This document shows, piece after piece, positions 1 through 11,902 of a DNA stretch of 64,000 bases (its first letter is position 1; every line of letters starts with the position of its first letter). Both the position numbers and the translations under genes were made by a program. Below the pieces are notes generated by a model that worked only from the letters and a program-made list of their open reading frames with translations, ran no database searches and was not told the DNA's origin. This DNA comes from Rhizodiscina lignyota (taxonomy: Eukaryota), in contig ML978130.1 of NCBI GenBank assembly GCA_010015805.1, positions 310,001-374,000 of the forward strand, in the 5' to 3' direction.

Positions 1-1260
1 CGGCAATCTGTACAAGGAGGACGCGCTGAATTTCACAAAGCTGGTGGAGAGGACGCTACGTCCGCGTACACTGCCACCCAGTCAATGGCCTGTCAGGCGA
101 AGCTTGATCTTCCCACCCGGATGCAACTACGTGTATGAGCGCACGCTCAGGGATCCGGCAAATATTAACCACTGCATCGAGTATACGCTGTACATCGGAC
201 AAACCACAGACCGCGCGCTGTGCGCGAGGCTGCTTCTCTTCTCGCAGTGCACCGACGAGCCAGCGTTCAACGTGCTCCGGACAAATGAGCAGCTCGGATA
301 CGTGGTCTTCAGCGGTACTAGCGTCAACAATACGTGGATGGGGTACCGCATCCTGGTGCAGAGCGAGAAGAACCCTGAATTCCTGGAACAGCGGATCGAC
401 GCGTTCTTGGAGGGCTTCGGCAAGACGCTGGTCGAGATGACGGAGGCGCAGTTCGAGAAGTTGAAAATAAGTCTCATCACCAGGCGGCTGGAGAAGCTGA
501 AGAACCTAGGGCAGGAGATGGTCAGGTTTGCGGGTCACATCATAAGCGAGAGATATGATTTCGAGCAAGGTTCGTATATTTAATATTCCTTCATGCGAGA
601 GACTGATTACACCTCCCAGTGGATCACGACGTTGCGAATCTCCAACCCCTTACTCTCGCCGACATCAGGGCATTTTACGACCACTACATCGCCCCCACGT
701 CCCCGCACCGCTCCAAACTCTCCGTGCACTTGCTCGCCCAATCCTCGCCCGCTGCGATCGCAGAGACAATGTCAGATGAAGAGCAGTCCGCTAAGCTCTT
801 CGATGCAATGTCCAAGTTCGTCACGGCGCACGGTATCACCCCGAACCTAGAGAAACTCGCTTCACGCTTCAACGACGTTGACGTCAAACACGGCGACAAG
901 CCCGCCATCGTCGCTGCAGTGCGTTCGTACCTGTCCCAGGACGAGCGCGTTGTAGAGCCCAAGCTCACCGAAATCGTCACCCAGGGAGAGGCCCTCCTCT
1001 CCACAGTGCTGCCGAGTCTGGGCATTGAGCCTGCGCCTACGGAGGCGGAGAAGGCTGCGATGCAGGACGCTGAAAAGAAGATGGTGCATGGCGATGCGAA
1101 GGAGGCGGATGAGAGGGGACACGTTCCTGTGCAAGGTAACGGTACGGTGCCCGTGAAGATTGTGGATGTGCATGCTTGGAAGGCGGAGAGGACTGTTGCG
1201 CCAGGCGCAAGGGCGGTGAAGGATCTGAGCGAGTTTGAGGAGGGGGCTGCGAAGCTTTGA
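1..1260 (+). CDS. STE23: Insulinase-family (M16A) metallopeptidase, IDE/Ste23-like, 3' part only
   Basis: EPAFNVLRTNEQLGYVVFSG and ILVQSEK...LEQRIDAFL match the IDE/Ste23 C-terminal half; intron 570..619 (GTTCGT...CTGAT...CCCAG) joins ORF 44..583 to 619..1260; 5' end is outside the window. Confidence 0.9.
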
Positions 1261-2177
1261 GAAGCTCTGAGAGTATGTGAATGTGTGGGTTAACCGGGCA
1301 GGCGATCGGTGTCGTTTTGTCTCGGCGGAAAACGGAAAACATGATATGGCGCATGGCGCTTTACAACGATCAAAAAATTAACAAAACGGCGAGCTGTGAT
1401 AGCGCATTTTCCTTTCCCTGATAAATGTTTCAATTGAAGAACTCAAAACTCACGGATTTGCTTGCAGGCATGGAGCTGTAGGCACGCATCGTGGGCATCT
1501 TCAATTTCACGATATTCTGAACATAGAGGCACTTTCCATTCATTCACCGGTTTTTTATTTCGTCTGACTGACTACTATACTGTACTTGTGCAGGGGGAAT
1601 TTGCAAGTGAGCAAGCAAGCATCATCGCCGAAGGTAGAAACTACAGGCGCCCTAGTACGAGTAACCCCAAAGGGGACCGATCCAATAGGGTCAGGAATGC
1701 AGAATCTACCCCCGACGAAGTGCCGATACCATGAGAAGCTTCGTGTGTGAGAAGCCACTGTCGTTCCAATCAGTCCGTCACCGTTGAACAGCACGAAGGG
1801 GAAACCAAAAGCAGGAAACAGGAAAGGTATAGTCGCAGGTGAGGAAGTGAAAACACAAGAGCCTGCCAACCAACTTGACTTGTCGCCGCCAAAACAAGTC
1901 CCAAGAGTGGCCTGTCCAAAAGGCCTGATGTCCTCGTTCGCCATTCCGATTTGCCTCCAGTCCGTGAACACCGATGCTAATGCACAGTGTTATACCAAAG
2001 GTCGTGTGATTCGCCAAGTACAGGAAAAGCATCGTAGATACAAGAAAAGACACGATGCCAGAGAAAAGAGAAAGAGAAAGAGAAAAGAAACATCATCCGG
2101 GGGATTTTAGACCGCCATCCTTTCAGGTGAAGATCTTGTTTGACACCAACGTCAGAGTGAAGAATCAAGTGAGGCGG

Positions 2178-3559
2178 TTAGATCTCATCTTCGCAGACGA
2201 CGAGCTCCTTGGACTGCTCCTCCACTTCGGCTTCAACCACCTTCTGCTTGCCCTTGCCACTCTCCTTGGCGATGGCCTCGAGCTTGGCGCGGGGAGACGG
2301 CACCGCGGGGACGGCAAAGTCGAACTCCTTGGACAAGCCAGACGGCTTCTGTGGAGAGAATGGAGATAGAGAGGATGGAGTGGACACCACTTCTGCGGGC
2401 ACGACGACCTTAGAGGACTCGTTCAGGCCCTCATCGTAGAAGTCCTCCACGTTAAGCTCACCGAGGGGGTTGCGATCTTCGAGCATCGCGTCGGGGTGGG
2501 CATTCCTCTTGGCTCGACGAGTGTTCCTGGCATTCGCTCTCATGGAGGAACTTGGACGAAGAGCAGGAGTTGCAGTGACATCCTCGGCGATAACGAAAGT
2601 GGTGGCACGAATGATCTCGGCAGCAGTCATGTTGAGGAAATTCGGCGGCGGTGGAATGTTCTCCTTGCCGCGCTCACGCATCTCCCTCTGACTGCGAGTG
2701 AGCATGTCGTCGTCAGAGCTAATGTCAAGGGTACTAGCGGAGTGCTCCATGAGGTTAGCAGCTTCCTGATCGGGTGTGTCTTCGTGGATGCTGAAGAACC
2801 AGGTCTTTGGCATGTGTTCGACTGGGTGGACGTCGACGACAGGAGCTGGAGGTGGAGCTGGTTCAGAGACAGCAGCAGGAGCAGACTTTGGCGTGTAGCC
2901 GGTGATGGTGCCCTTAAGAGCCTCGTCGATGGAGAAGGGAAGACCTGTGGGGGTGCTGTTGAAGGTAGGAGGATCGATGCGGCGGAAGGGAGAAGAAGAG
3001 GCACGGCGGTTTTTGTTGAGGATGCCTACGCGCTTGTGCTTCGGAGATCCGCGGCTCGCAGAGATCGGAGTGGTGGTTGTAGTGTTTGGCACAGAGAGGG
3101 AGAGCGGCTTCTTAGAGATCGAAGTGGCTGCCTGGTTGACTAGATGCAGAGTGCCTTTCTTAACCGGGGGAAGGTAACCTGGAGCCTCAACGATGAGGAA
3201 CTTGGTCTGCTTGGAGCGCTTCGAAGGTGAATTGAAGACTTCTGGGTCGAGATTCTCCGCGTCGTCGAAGGTGTCCTCGATCGAAGCGTCGGAGAACGTA
3301 CGCTTGCCGGGAGAAGAAAGTGCCTGCTTGGAAGCTTGAAGAGCGGCAGTGATGGCTGTGCAATTTAAAGTAAGCAATCGTTTTCAATTCACGTGTCACA
3401 TTCTTGAAGTGGGTCAAATGTTCAAGTGGAGTATCGTGAAGTGCTGAATAATCAGTCTGGTGGTTGCATACAGTTCTGAGTATTCTTCACGCTGCCCAAC
3501 TTCTGCAAGCGAGTGGAATCGAGGGCAGCAAAGGGCTGCCTAGCCTGAATAGCTGCCAT
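2178..3559 (-). CDS. Conserved fungal disordered protein with ABBA, KEN and D-box motifs; probable Acm1-like APC/C inhibitor
   Basis: Exon 1 3559..3472 (MAAIQARQPFAALDSTRLQKLGSVKNTQN), intron 3471..3356 (GTATGC...CACAG), exon 2 3355..2178; motifs FSIHED, GKENIPP, RNPLGELNVEDF and several S/T-P-x-K/R sites. Confidence 0.8.
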
Positions 3560-3629
3560 TGGTGAGAGTATTTGCTTTCCGATAGCCAAAAGACGAGGGT
3601 GGGTGCAGACAGAGTCCTCTTGACACGTA

Positions 3630-4290
3630 AAAACGCGTCAGTTTGGCGGTCAACGTGTTTGTTGACTCTCTTGTGTTGACGCTGTGTTACTTGGAGTTGG
3701 GAGCGAGGAAGGTTTTCACAGAGTGTGTTGGTGAAGCCAAAAGAACGAAAGCAAGAGCAAACCAAGATGCTGTGAAGCTCACGATGAAGAGGTAGAAGAA
3801 GAGGGGAAGAGGCTCAGCAGGGCAAGGGAATTTTAAGAGGGTGGTTTGCTCCGCGGTGGGTGGCCCCGGCACGCCCTGATACGGCATTAGAGGGCGTCGA
3901 CGCGCCTCCACGCGCTGCTCCGCGTCGAGGCCGCGTCGAGCCACTCCCGCCCGCGATTTCGGCCAGGGCAAAGGCCTGCTGCTGCCGTGCTAGTCCATAT
4001 ATAGCCGGAATGCACCTCAGATAGTCAGACTGTGCCATGGCAAGGCCCGTTCCCACCGGATCGCCGCTGCACTGTGAAAGCAGAGCTGCATCACGCTTCA
4101 CTGCCTCAGGCAGGCCGTTCGAAGCCACGCTTATCCCTCTGGCCCGTCTGGGGAGAAGGCCGTCAATGCTCCCCGAATCATTGGACGAGAGCGCCCGGCG
4201 TTGCACGCGTGGGGCTGAGCTATTTGCGAGGCAATTGAAACGCGCCGCGGACGCGTTCGTGGGCCGAGGGCGCGACGTGACGAGCGCGTG
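3630..4290. promoter_or_regulatory. Cluster of MCB-like (ACGCGT/CGCG) elements in the divergent promoter
   Basis: Exact ACGCGT at 3633, 4205 and 4251, plus about ten further CGCG cores between 3850 and 4290, in GC-rich non-coding DNA. Confidence 0.55.
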
Positions 4291-4752
4291 CCGGCCACAG
4301 GAGGGCGTCATATTAATTGCAGTATAAGACCTGTCGGGAGTACGAGCGTCAGCTACAACGTCAACTAGGGCACGCTCTCTACTCCGTATCTATGCGCGGA
4401 TGAATATGTGAGACTGTTTGGACATGCGATTGTCCGGACGCCTTCTTGAGGTTTGGAGACGCGATCAAGGTGGGGCCGAAATAGCGACCACTGTGAGACG
4501 AAAAAGACCTGAGGTAGCAGCCAAAGAAACAATCCAATTGGCATCTCAACTCCGATTGAGTTGTGTTCGGCCCATTATTCAAGCACAATCGACGCTTTCC
4601 TGTCCCACATTTCGTAGTCTCAAGTGACGTCCTTTCCGCTCTCCCACTAGAGCACCACTCGCTGCCAAGAGTTTCCACTTCACTCGCCCACTCCACCACT
4701 AAAATCATTTTAGCGGACGAAGCATCAGTCTATATTTCTTTCTTAGCGCAAC

Positions 4753-6058
4753 ATGGCCTCGATACCTCACATTGCCGTCATTGGCTCTCTCAATGTCGAC
4801 CTTGTTACTCGCACACCACGTGTACCAGCGGCTGGCGAAACTCTGACCGCCAGCTCCTTTGCCCTTGGCTTTGGAGGGAAGGGAGCAAACCAGGCGTCTG
4901 CATGCTCACGTCTCTCACGTCCCAAACTGCCGAAATCGTCAAAAGCTAAGCCGCCTTCAGCCAAAGTGTCGATGGTCGGCGCGGTTGGAGACGACCAGTT
5001 CTCCCAGGGCATGTTGGACAGTTTAAAAGAGGATGGCGTAGACGTGTCCGAAGTGAGAATAGCAAAGGGCAAGAGCACTGGTACCGCAACTATCTTGGTT
5101 GAGGAGGCAACCGGTGAGAATCGGATTTTATTCACTCCGGGAGCGAATGGAGTGTTCGAAGAGAAGGACAATTTGATACCGAAAGATGTCGACGTAGTCC
5201 TCTTCCAGATGGAGATACCACTGAAGACCGTAAATACGTCCCAATCCTTCTTGCGAGACCTATGACTGATTGTACGAAGGTCCTACATAACATTGAAGTT
5301 GCTAAGGCGCAAGGCGTACAGGTTGGTGCTCTTGATGTTTTCGTCTCCTCATTTTCAAATAACCCGAGAACTCCTGTTCTTCGGATTCTTCGTTTCCGAC
5401 AGCAGTTATCCTTCATTGTCATTGTTTATACTTCTCTACCAGTAATTCTGCAATCCTGCTGCCTACTATTCGATCTGCCCACGGTCACAGTCGTTCACCC
5501 TTCCTCCAGGTCATCTTAAATCCCGCCCCTGCACTACCTATACCTATATCCATCTATCCGAGCATAGACCACCTCATCGTCAACTCCTCCGAAGCCTTGA
5601 TTCTCTCATCCTCTCTGGAAAACCCCGAAGACGCGTCCATAGCACAAACCTCAGACCTCGACACTCTCAGTCAACAACAATTAGACTCTCTCTCAGCGCC
5701 GCTCCTGGATGCTGGTGTCCCAAATCTCATCATCACGTTAGGCTCGCGGGGCTGCTACTACCACACCCTCCTACGCTTTTCCTCCGGTCAGCCGGGCAGG
5801 CTGATTCCTGCCTCTCCAGTGGAGAAAGTCGTCGACACTACCGGGGCGGGAGACGCGTTTGTCGGCGCGTATGCGGTGAAAGTTGCCGAAGGTCTGCGGA
5901 AGAGGGAGAACGTAGAGGTCGAGGGCGAGGGGCGTGGATGGGTGAGTAGAGGCGTCAGTGTCGATGAAGCCGTCGCGTGGGCGAGCAGAGTGGCCGCGAA
6001 GAGTGTCGAGCGGGAGGGAGCGAGAGGTGGTGTTCCATGGGGTGATGAGGTGGAATGA
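4753..6058 (+). CDS. RBK1: Ribokinase (PfkB family)
   Basis: VIGSLNVDL, GGKGANQA, VGAVGDD, VILNPAPA, VDTTGAGDAFVG; introns 5230..5279 and 5322..5509. Confidence 0.93.
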
Positions 6059-6179
6059 TTGGCACTGGTTCTCATGGCAATGAGTGAGGGATGAAGACGT
6101 AGACCAGTCCAGTCTAGTGTATACTACAGTATCCCAAGCCTCTACATTATATGTACACTCGTCCGACACACTCTCACTT

Positions 6180-7165
6180 CTATGCTCTAGCTCTCGCCTT
6201 AGCCTTACCCTTCTTCTTTCCTCCAACCTTCTTCCTCGCACTTCTCTGCAGCGCATTCCTTGCAATCCTGGCGGCACTCTTGCGCCACGCGATCCATCGA
6301 CTACGGCGGAATTGATTCTCCTCAATGCCCGCCTCCTGCGCCACTCGGCCAATCTCATAGTTCGAGAGCCCGAAGCTGTAGTCCTTCTGCATCGTCACCC
6401 CCGTGCCTTTCTTCCCACCCTCGACGCTTGGAGGAAAAGAATTGATATACGTCTCCCAAGGCCATCTTGCACGCCCCGGCAGCGGCGCTGCATGAACCGT
6501 AGCCTCGTCTCCAGCTTCTAGTCCAGTAATCGCACCTTCCTCTTCCACAGCGCTTTGCTCCGTCATCGGAACCGCCGTGAGCCCCAATCTCCGCCTCCTC
6601 GGCATGCCCTTCGGATACGGCAGCTTATCCTGGCTACCGAACACGATTCCGATGTACTTGCGGTCCGGATGCTGTGCCGGGTCGCGGTAGTAGCGTACGT
6701 AGCCGGGCTGGGACGCGCAGATCGTGTGATCGCGGCCCATGTGCGCGTTCTCGCCCGGGTGCCATTTGGAGCCGCGCTGGCGGAAGATGATGGTGTTGGG
6801 AGTGACGTATTCGCCTGTAGACATGGTGCATTAGCTTGGTGGTCCAACTCGTTTCTGCGGTGGAAAAAAGCAGGTGGGAGAGCATCTGCCTGAGCAACTG
6901 CTCACGCGCAACGACTGGGAGAAAAGGGGTTGTATAGCTCACCATTTCCTCGTTTCAAACCCAATCGTCTACCGGGTCTGTTTTTGGCGCCATTTGCAAC
7001 GCCTGCTGCTGCGTGGGTTGCGTTTCGCTTTTGGACGAGACTGAAGGGGGAGGAGGTTGGGTTCGAGAAGCCATTGAGAGCCCAGCGGCACGAGAGACAC
7101 ACTGTCTGAGGCGCCTTCGAAAGGGATCGTGGAGATAGCCACGATAGAAAGTTTGGCGGCGCCAT
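6180..7165 (-). CDS. MRP7: Mitochondrial ribosomal protein bL27m (L27)
   Basis: Basic presequence, then ATHAAAG...GRRLGLKR|GEYV.P..IIFRQRGSKWHPGENAHMGRDHTI (L27 signature); intron 6942..6815. Confidence 0.93.
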
Positions 7166-7609
7166 GGTCCGCGAAGAAAAGTGTTCGAGCAGAGCGCGAG
7201 GTCCGCCTTGAAATGTATTTGATGCCAAGGATTGATGGCTTGGATCCAAAGCTAATCCTAATCAGGCTAGGACGACTTTGGTCAATGTACAGCAGGTGAC
7301 AGTCTTCGTCTACTCCGTAGTGCACTTTAAGATTACCTCTATGCGATTAAAATTATTAATTTAGCTGCGCAGAGATACAGAGTTCGAGATGGTGTTGAGC
7401 ACATCGTAGTATGCACGTAATAATGAATGTTCGTACCTCATTAATTCGAGGTGACTACGGAGCTTACTCATTATGCCCTTGTGGACCTTACAACGAATGA
7501 ATGTTAAACAGTTTCTGTGAAAGGAAATATGATGGCGGATTTCAGGAACAGATGGAAACCCTTCAGTACCAGAAATCTGATCTCGTATATGATCTCCCAC
7601 GATACCCGT

Positions 7610-8920
7610 CTACGCCCCAAGACCAGCAACACCAAGAGGTTCGCCGACTAGATACTTCTGGCCGTTTACACCGCTGTTTGCTCCCAAAATCAACGGTTTG
7701 GCAGCCGCCTGGAACACGAGCACGATGTCGGAACCGCCGAACTCGAAGTGAGATATCTCGTCTCCTTTTTTGACAGTCGGTCTCGGGTTGTCAGAACTTG
7801 GGACGATAGCTTCGTTCAGCACAACAGAAGATACCTGCGCCATGCCGATGGGCAACACGGCGACGTATCCCAAAATATCATTCTGGATGACGACGCTCCC
7901 TCTTAACTGCAAAAACTGGTAGCCGGGGTCGTCAGGTGCATCCAGATCGTCATCTCCATATTTGTTGAAGTTGCGATGGGGCCTCAGATGAGTTTCGCCA
8001 TCAATTGTTTCGGGAATGACATTGAGATACGCAAGACCCATGATATTCTTGGCTTCGACGACCGTGCCGCTGACAGGGGCGTGTTGTCTATGATAATCGA
8101 AGGTATTGAGGAAGGCGTGCATCCAAATGCCGCCGTCGAAGCTGTCCGCATGATCGCTGTTCTCCAGCAGAGCACTAATCGGCCAGTCAAGGCCTTTAAT
8201 CGACACAGTGCCGTTATCAACAGGCCACGCTCCGTCGAAGGTCGAATCGGCGGGATACACGATTACTCTATCATCATCCGGGCAGCTGACTGGGCGCATG
8301 CCTTCTTTCAGTTTTCGTGCGAAAAGTTCGTTGAACGTCTTGAAGCCTTCATCAGGTATTTCCGCTTGCTCAAGGTGATACAATGGAGACCCCGCGAAGG
8401 TCTGAAACGATTCGACAGTTAGAGAATCCGGCGAGTCCATGAACTCGCCTATCTTCTGCGCAAAGTCTACCATCCACTTAGACAGCGGCGTGATTTTCAC
8501 CGACCCATCTTGATTGATCGAAGCGGTGTCAATCTTGGTCTGATATACAATGTCGCTGCTCTGATCGAAGACGAAATAGAACAGGCAGATGACATCGTAA
8601 GTCACCTTTGCACTCGCGTTCTCCGTGGGAACCCATTTCAGCATGCCGCTAGCGAATTTTGCGAAAGCGGTTCCATCCGTAATTTCCCAATCAAACAATT
8701 CTTGGATTTGATGTTTTTGGCGAGCAATGTCTACTGCGCCGTCGAGAATACTCAGCCACTCTTCACCCAGTGCGGTCTCGAGGCCATTGGATACAAACGG
8801 ATCGATCTCCTCCGGAAGTGTAACTGGACAGATCCGGGCAGGCGTCTGCGCAGCTGGTTTGGTGCCAAATGATACACCGACATCGAGTTTCGCTCCAAGG
8901 GCTTGTTCTTCGAAATCCAT
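7610..8920 (-). CDS. Phosphatidylserine decarboxylase-family (pyruvoyl) protein
   Basis: TFNELFARKLK, PADS, DYHRQHAPVSG and the FEFGGSDIV self-cleavage motif; single 436-aa ORF. Confidence 0.88.
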   Translation of the reverse strand: MDFEEQALGAKLDVGVSFGTKPAAQTPARICPVTLPEEIDPFVSNGLETALGEEWLSILDGAVDIARQKHQIQELFDWEITDGTAFAKFASGMLKWVPTENASAKVTYDVICLFYFVFDQSSDIVYQTKIDTASINQDGSVKITPLSKWMVDFAQKIGEFMDSPDSLTVESFQTFAGSPLYHLEQAEIPDEGFKTFNELFARKLKEGMRPVSCPDDDRVIVYPADSTFDGAWPVDNGTVSIKGLDWPISALLENSDHADSFDGGIWMHAFLNTFDYHRQHAPVSGTVVEAKNIMGLAYLNVIPETIDGETHLRPHRNFNKYGDDDLDAPDDPGYQFLQLRGSVVIQNDILGYVAVLPIGMAQVSSVVLNEAIVPSSDNPRPTVKKGDEISHFEFGGSDIVLVFQAAAKPLILGANSGVNGQKYLVGEPLGVAGLGA

Positions 8921-10779
8921 TTCAAAGGTCGCAGAAAGAACGGACTGTTTGGTAAACGAGAAATCGTGAGTACTAAGTCCGGGGATTCAATTAAGCTTCG
9001 AAGGCAAAAGCAACTGGTGATGCAGTAATATATAGAAGATATTGTTTGCACAGCCTTCGAACGAGCTTCTCGACGGAAGGAGCTGGCCACTTGTCTCAAG
9101 CATTCAAAACTTCGGGCAGCTATCAGTCCAATCAGAGCTAGTCCAAACTCGAGCCAAGGCCAGTTCAGTTGTACTGAGTCTCGTACGAATGCTTTGAGCA
9201 GAAGTTACAAAGGCGATCAAATGATGTGGCGGTTTCTGTATGATCGAAGATATGTTTCTAATGGTTCGTCGGATGGTCGATCGAAAGACCAGCGGAAGTA
9301 TCAGGTGCAAGCAGCCGTAGTTTGTTGAGCTTACGGAAACGAACCTATCGAAAACGTAAGGAGGGGTAGGACTTGCATATAATGAGTGAGGCTGGATACA
9401 AGCTGCACTGAAGTGGAATGCCAACACGCAGATTGTGATACTCGAGTGCGGGGTTCTGATATGCAGCAGCTGAAGATGTGCTTCTGCAGAATGCAAGAAG
9501 GCCCAAACTTAGTTGTCAATATCGGATGATAAGTACGAGATCGAGACATTCAGATCAGAAAGTACACTCCAAAAATGAGAGATGGAGTTCTCAAAAACCT
9601 AGCTGTATGTATCTCCATTTTGAGAGAGGAAGGTGCGAAAGAAGATCGAGATTCCTCGAGTACAGCTGTGGAATAAGCTAAGGACTCTGATATTGCGATG
9701 TGGATAAGTTTTTATTGAGGAATCCTGCTGGTGAATGAGTCTGAGGAACAAGACAGGTGCCTAGAGTTCAGAGTCGAGTCGCTCAAAGAGATGGCATACG
9801 ATAAAGAAAGACGGAGAGATGCATGCAGGGGGCCAATCAGCGATTTATCCAGCTCTGGGAATGATTCAAGTATGCATCGTCTAGGATGCTAGTGTAGACA
9901 AGGCTAGCGGAGGAAAGCAATTTCCACAAACGATATGTAGGTTCAACGACCGACGTGTACAGGGAAGTCTATTGAATGTCGCTGCCACAGCAGCGATCAC
10001 GCAATAAGGCACTCAATAGCGCTACTTCCAGCAGCGAGGACCCTAAAGAAATTCAGCTACTCTTCAGATGATCTCCCGCTGCAATAGGTATTGTCGCGTT
10101 TGTGGGAATATCTCTCTAGTGGAGCGGCAAGGCAATTTACCTCCTGAACTGTCGTACATACTCCGGTCGAGGCTGGATTTGCAACAACGCCGAGAGTTGG
10201 ACGAGCTGCATCAATTCTGCAGGACAATGCTGTATTGAGCTAACAGCGCTCAGAGAACATTAGTGACCGAGTCGAAAATTCTGGCCTGTGGAAACTGAGA
10301 TGAAGAGAGAAAATCGACACTCGGCTTGGCTGAAGTTCCCCCTTGAACTTCTAAGCCACTACGATATCCCACCCTAATCCTAAATAGGTAAGCTGTAATT
10401 GACTCAGGCTGTTGAGACACAATCACCGTTCTGACGATGTTTAAACCATCTCTTGCCTTGGAATGAACTTAATGAATGTTACTCTCTTCGCGAGGTTGTA
10501 CATTACTTCTCAAAGCCGAATCGCAAGTCGATCAATTGGTTGGAGTATGAAGAGTATGATGGTACGAGTAAATATGTAATCACTGTCGTTCAAAGAGAGC
10601 ATGTTAAAGAGATGACATGGTAGAACTCGTATGGCTTGCATACTTTCTTGTATTAAAGCTCTTTCAGAGAATACATAGCTGGCATCGCTCATCCCATCAT
10701 GCCCTTCGCGAGCCTGAATCGAAAGTCATTTCTCATGTGCTGAAGGAATCAAACCCCATTTCTCGTGAGAGAACTGGAT

Positions 10780-11441
10780 CTACCATCCACCTTGCTGCCT
10801 GCCCTGCTGCTGGCCCTGATTGTACGAGTTGTCGACATTGTTGTCGAAGTTTGACACATCGCCCTCTGCACGATTCGCGTCGCGATCAGCGCCGCCCATC
10901 TTGTCGCCGACCCACTGAGCAGCATCCTTAAGGCCACTACCAATGTCAGATGGGACATTCTCGGCGCCTCCGACAGCCTTGCCGAAGCCTTGCTCAGTGT
11001 CGCGGCCAATGTCGCCGGGAATCTGTATCGCTATGTTAGATGCTTGCTTGTGAGGTCTTTTCATACGAAAGTGACGTACGTTCTCCGCTCTCTGAGTATC
11101 CTGGCGCACGTCCTGGCCCATCTGGTTGTAGTCGCCCTCTGGAATAGAAGTCAGCCGGGTCCGTTCACCCAGTTGTGACAAAGTGGATACCTACCAGCAC
11201 GACCAGTGGCGTAGCCAGTGTCTTGAGCAGCGTTCTGGTCGAAGCCGCCTTGGTTACTGCTGTTATTGTTATTGTCGTTACTATTATAATTGCCGCCTTG
11301 GTTGCTGCTGTTATTATTGTAGTCGCCGCCCTGGTTGCTGCTGTTATTATTGTAGTCGCCTCCCTGGTTGCTGCTGTTATTATCGTAGTTGTCGCTATTG
11401 TTATAGCTATCGCTGTTGCTGTTGCTGTTGTAGTTGTCCAT
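10780..11441 (-). CDS. Small (~180 aa) N/Q/G/D-rich hydrophilic protein with oligopeptide repeats
   Basis: Exons 11441..11195, 11138..11080, 11022..10780 with canonical introns that keep the frame; ends YNQGQQQGRQQGGW*. Confidence 0.85.
11244..11435 (-). repeat. 33-bp coding tandem repeat (YNNNSSNQGG[D/N]) x3-4 plus AAC/AGC runs
   Basis: Unit GGTTGCTGCTGTTATTATTGTAGTCGCCGCCCT at 11300, 11333 and 11366 (partial), with a degenerate copy at 11252. Confidence 0.9.
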
Positions 11442-11902
11442 GTTGATCTTTGTTTTGTGTGGAGGTATATTTGAGGTCTATGTCGGAATGCTCTGATTGA
11501 GAATTTGGAGTGTGTTTGCTTGAGATCGAAAGAAGCAGAATGATTGACAGGAAAAGAGTTTAAATACGGCGAGAGCTTTGATGTACGTAGCAGTTGTTCT
11601 TTCTTTTGCAAGGGTAGCTCATCCTGTTTGCAGCTTCAAAGTAAGCTCCACCGACGTCATTTGCGGCAAGGATAGGCCACTGAGGTTTTAAGGGTCATTG
11701 CAGGTGTTGCGATACCTGTGATAAACCTGCTTTCTGGGCCATTTTGCTGAAGTGAAACATGGTGCCTTGTGGGAGCGGAAAGCGTGAGAATCGGACGATC
11801 GGTGAACCCCGTTGACGCCATTTCCAAGCCATCATGCAATCAAGATGCGATGACCAAGGGTCCTCAGCTGCAAGACAGAAAGCCCTCGTTCTATCGGCCG
11901 TC

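Noticed and set aside
1784..2110. 108-aa plus-strand ORF with a Lys/Arg-rich tail
   Set aside because: The tail comes from an (AGAAAG)n microsatellite in the 3' region of the opposite-strand gene; non-ATG start
3814..4327. Several 70-165 aa ORFs in the GC-rich divergent promoter
   Set aside because: Stop-poor because of high GC; no domain or codon signal; better explained as regulatory DNA
11244..11435. Regular repeat resembling a CRISPR array
   Set aside because: No unique spacers; it is an in-frame coding repeat in a eukaryotic gene
11165..11611. Thr/Ile/Ala-, Val/Ala- and Cys-rich alternative ORFs (mucin- or metallothionein-like)
   Set aside because: Alternate-frame and antisense shadows of the Asn-rich repeat; only the Asn frame has an ATG and consistent splice sites
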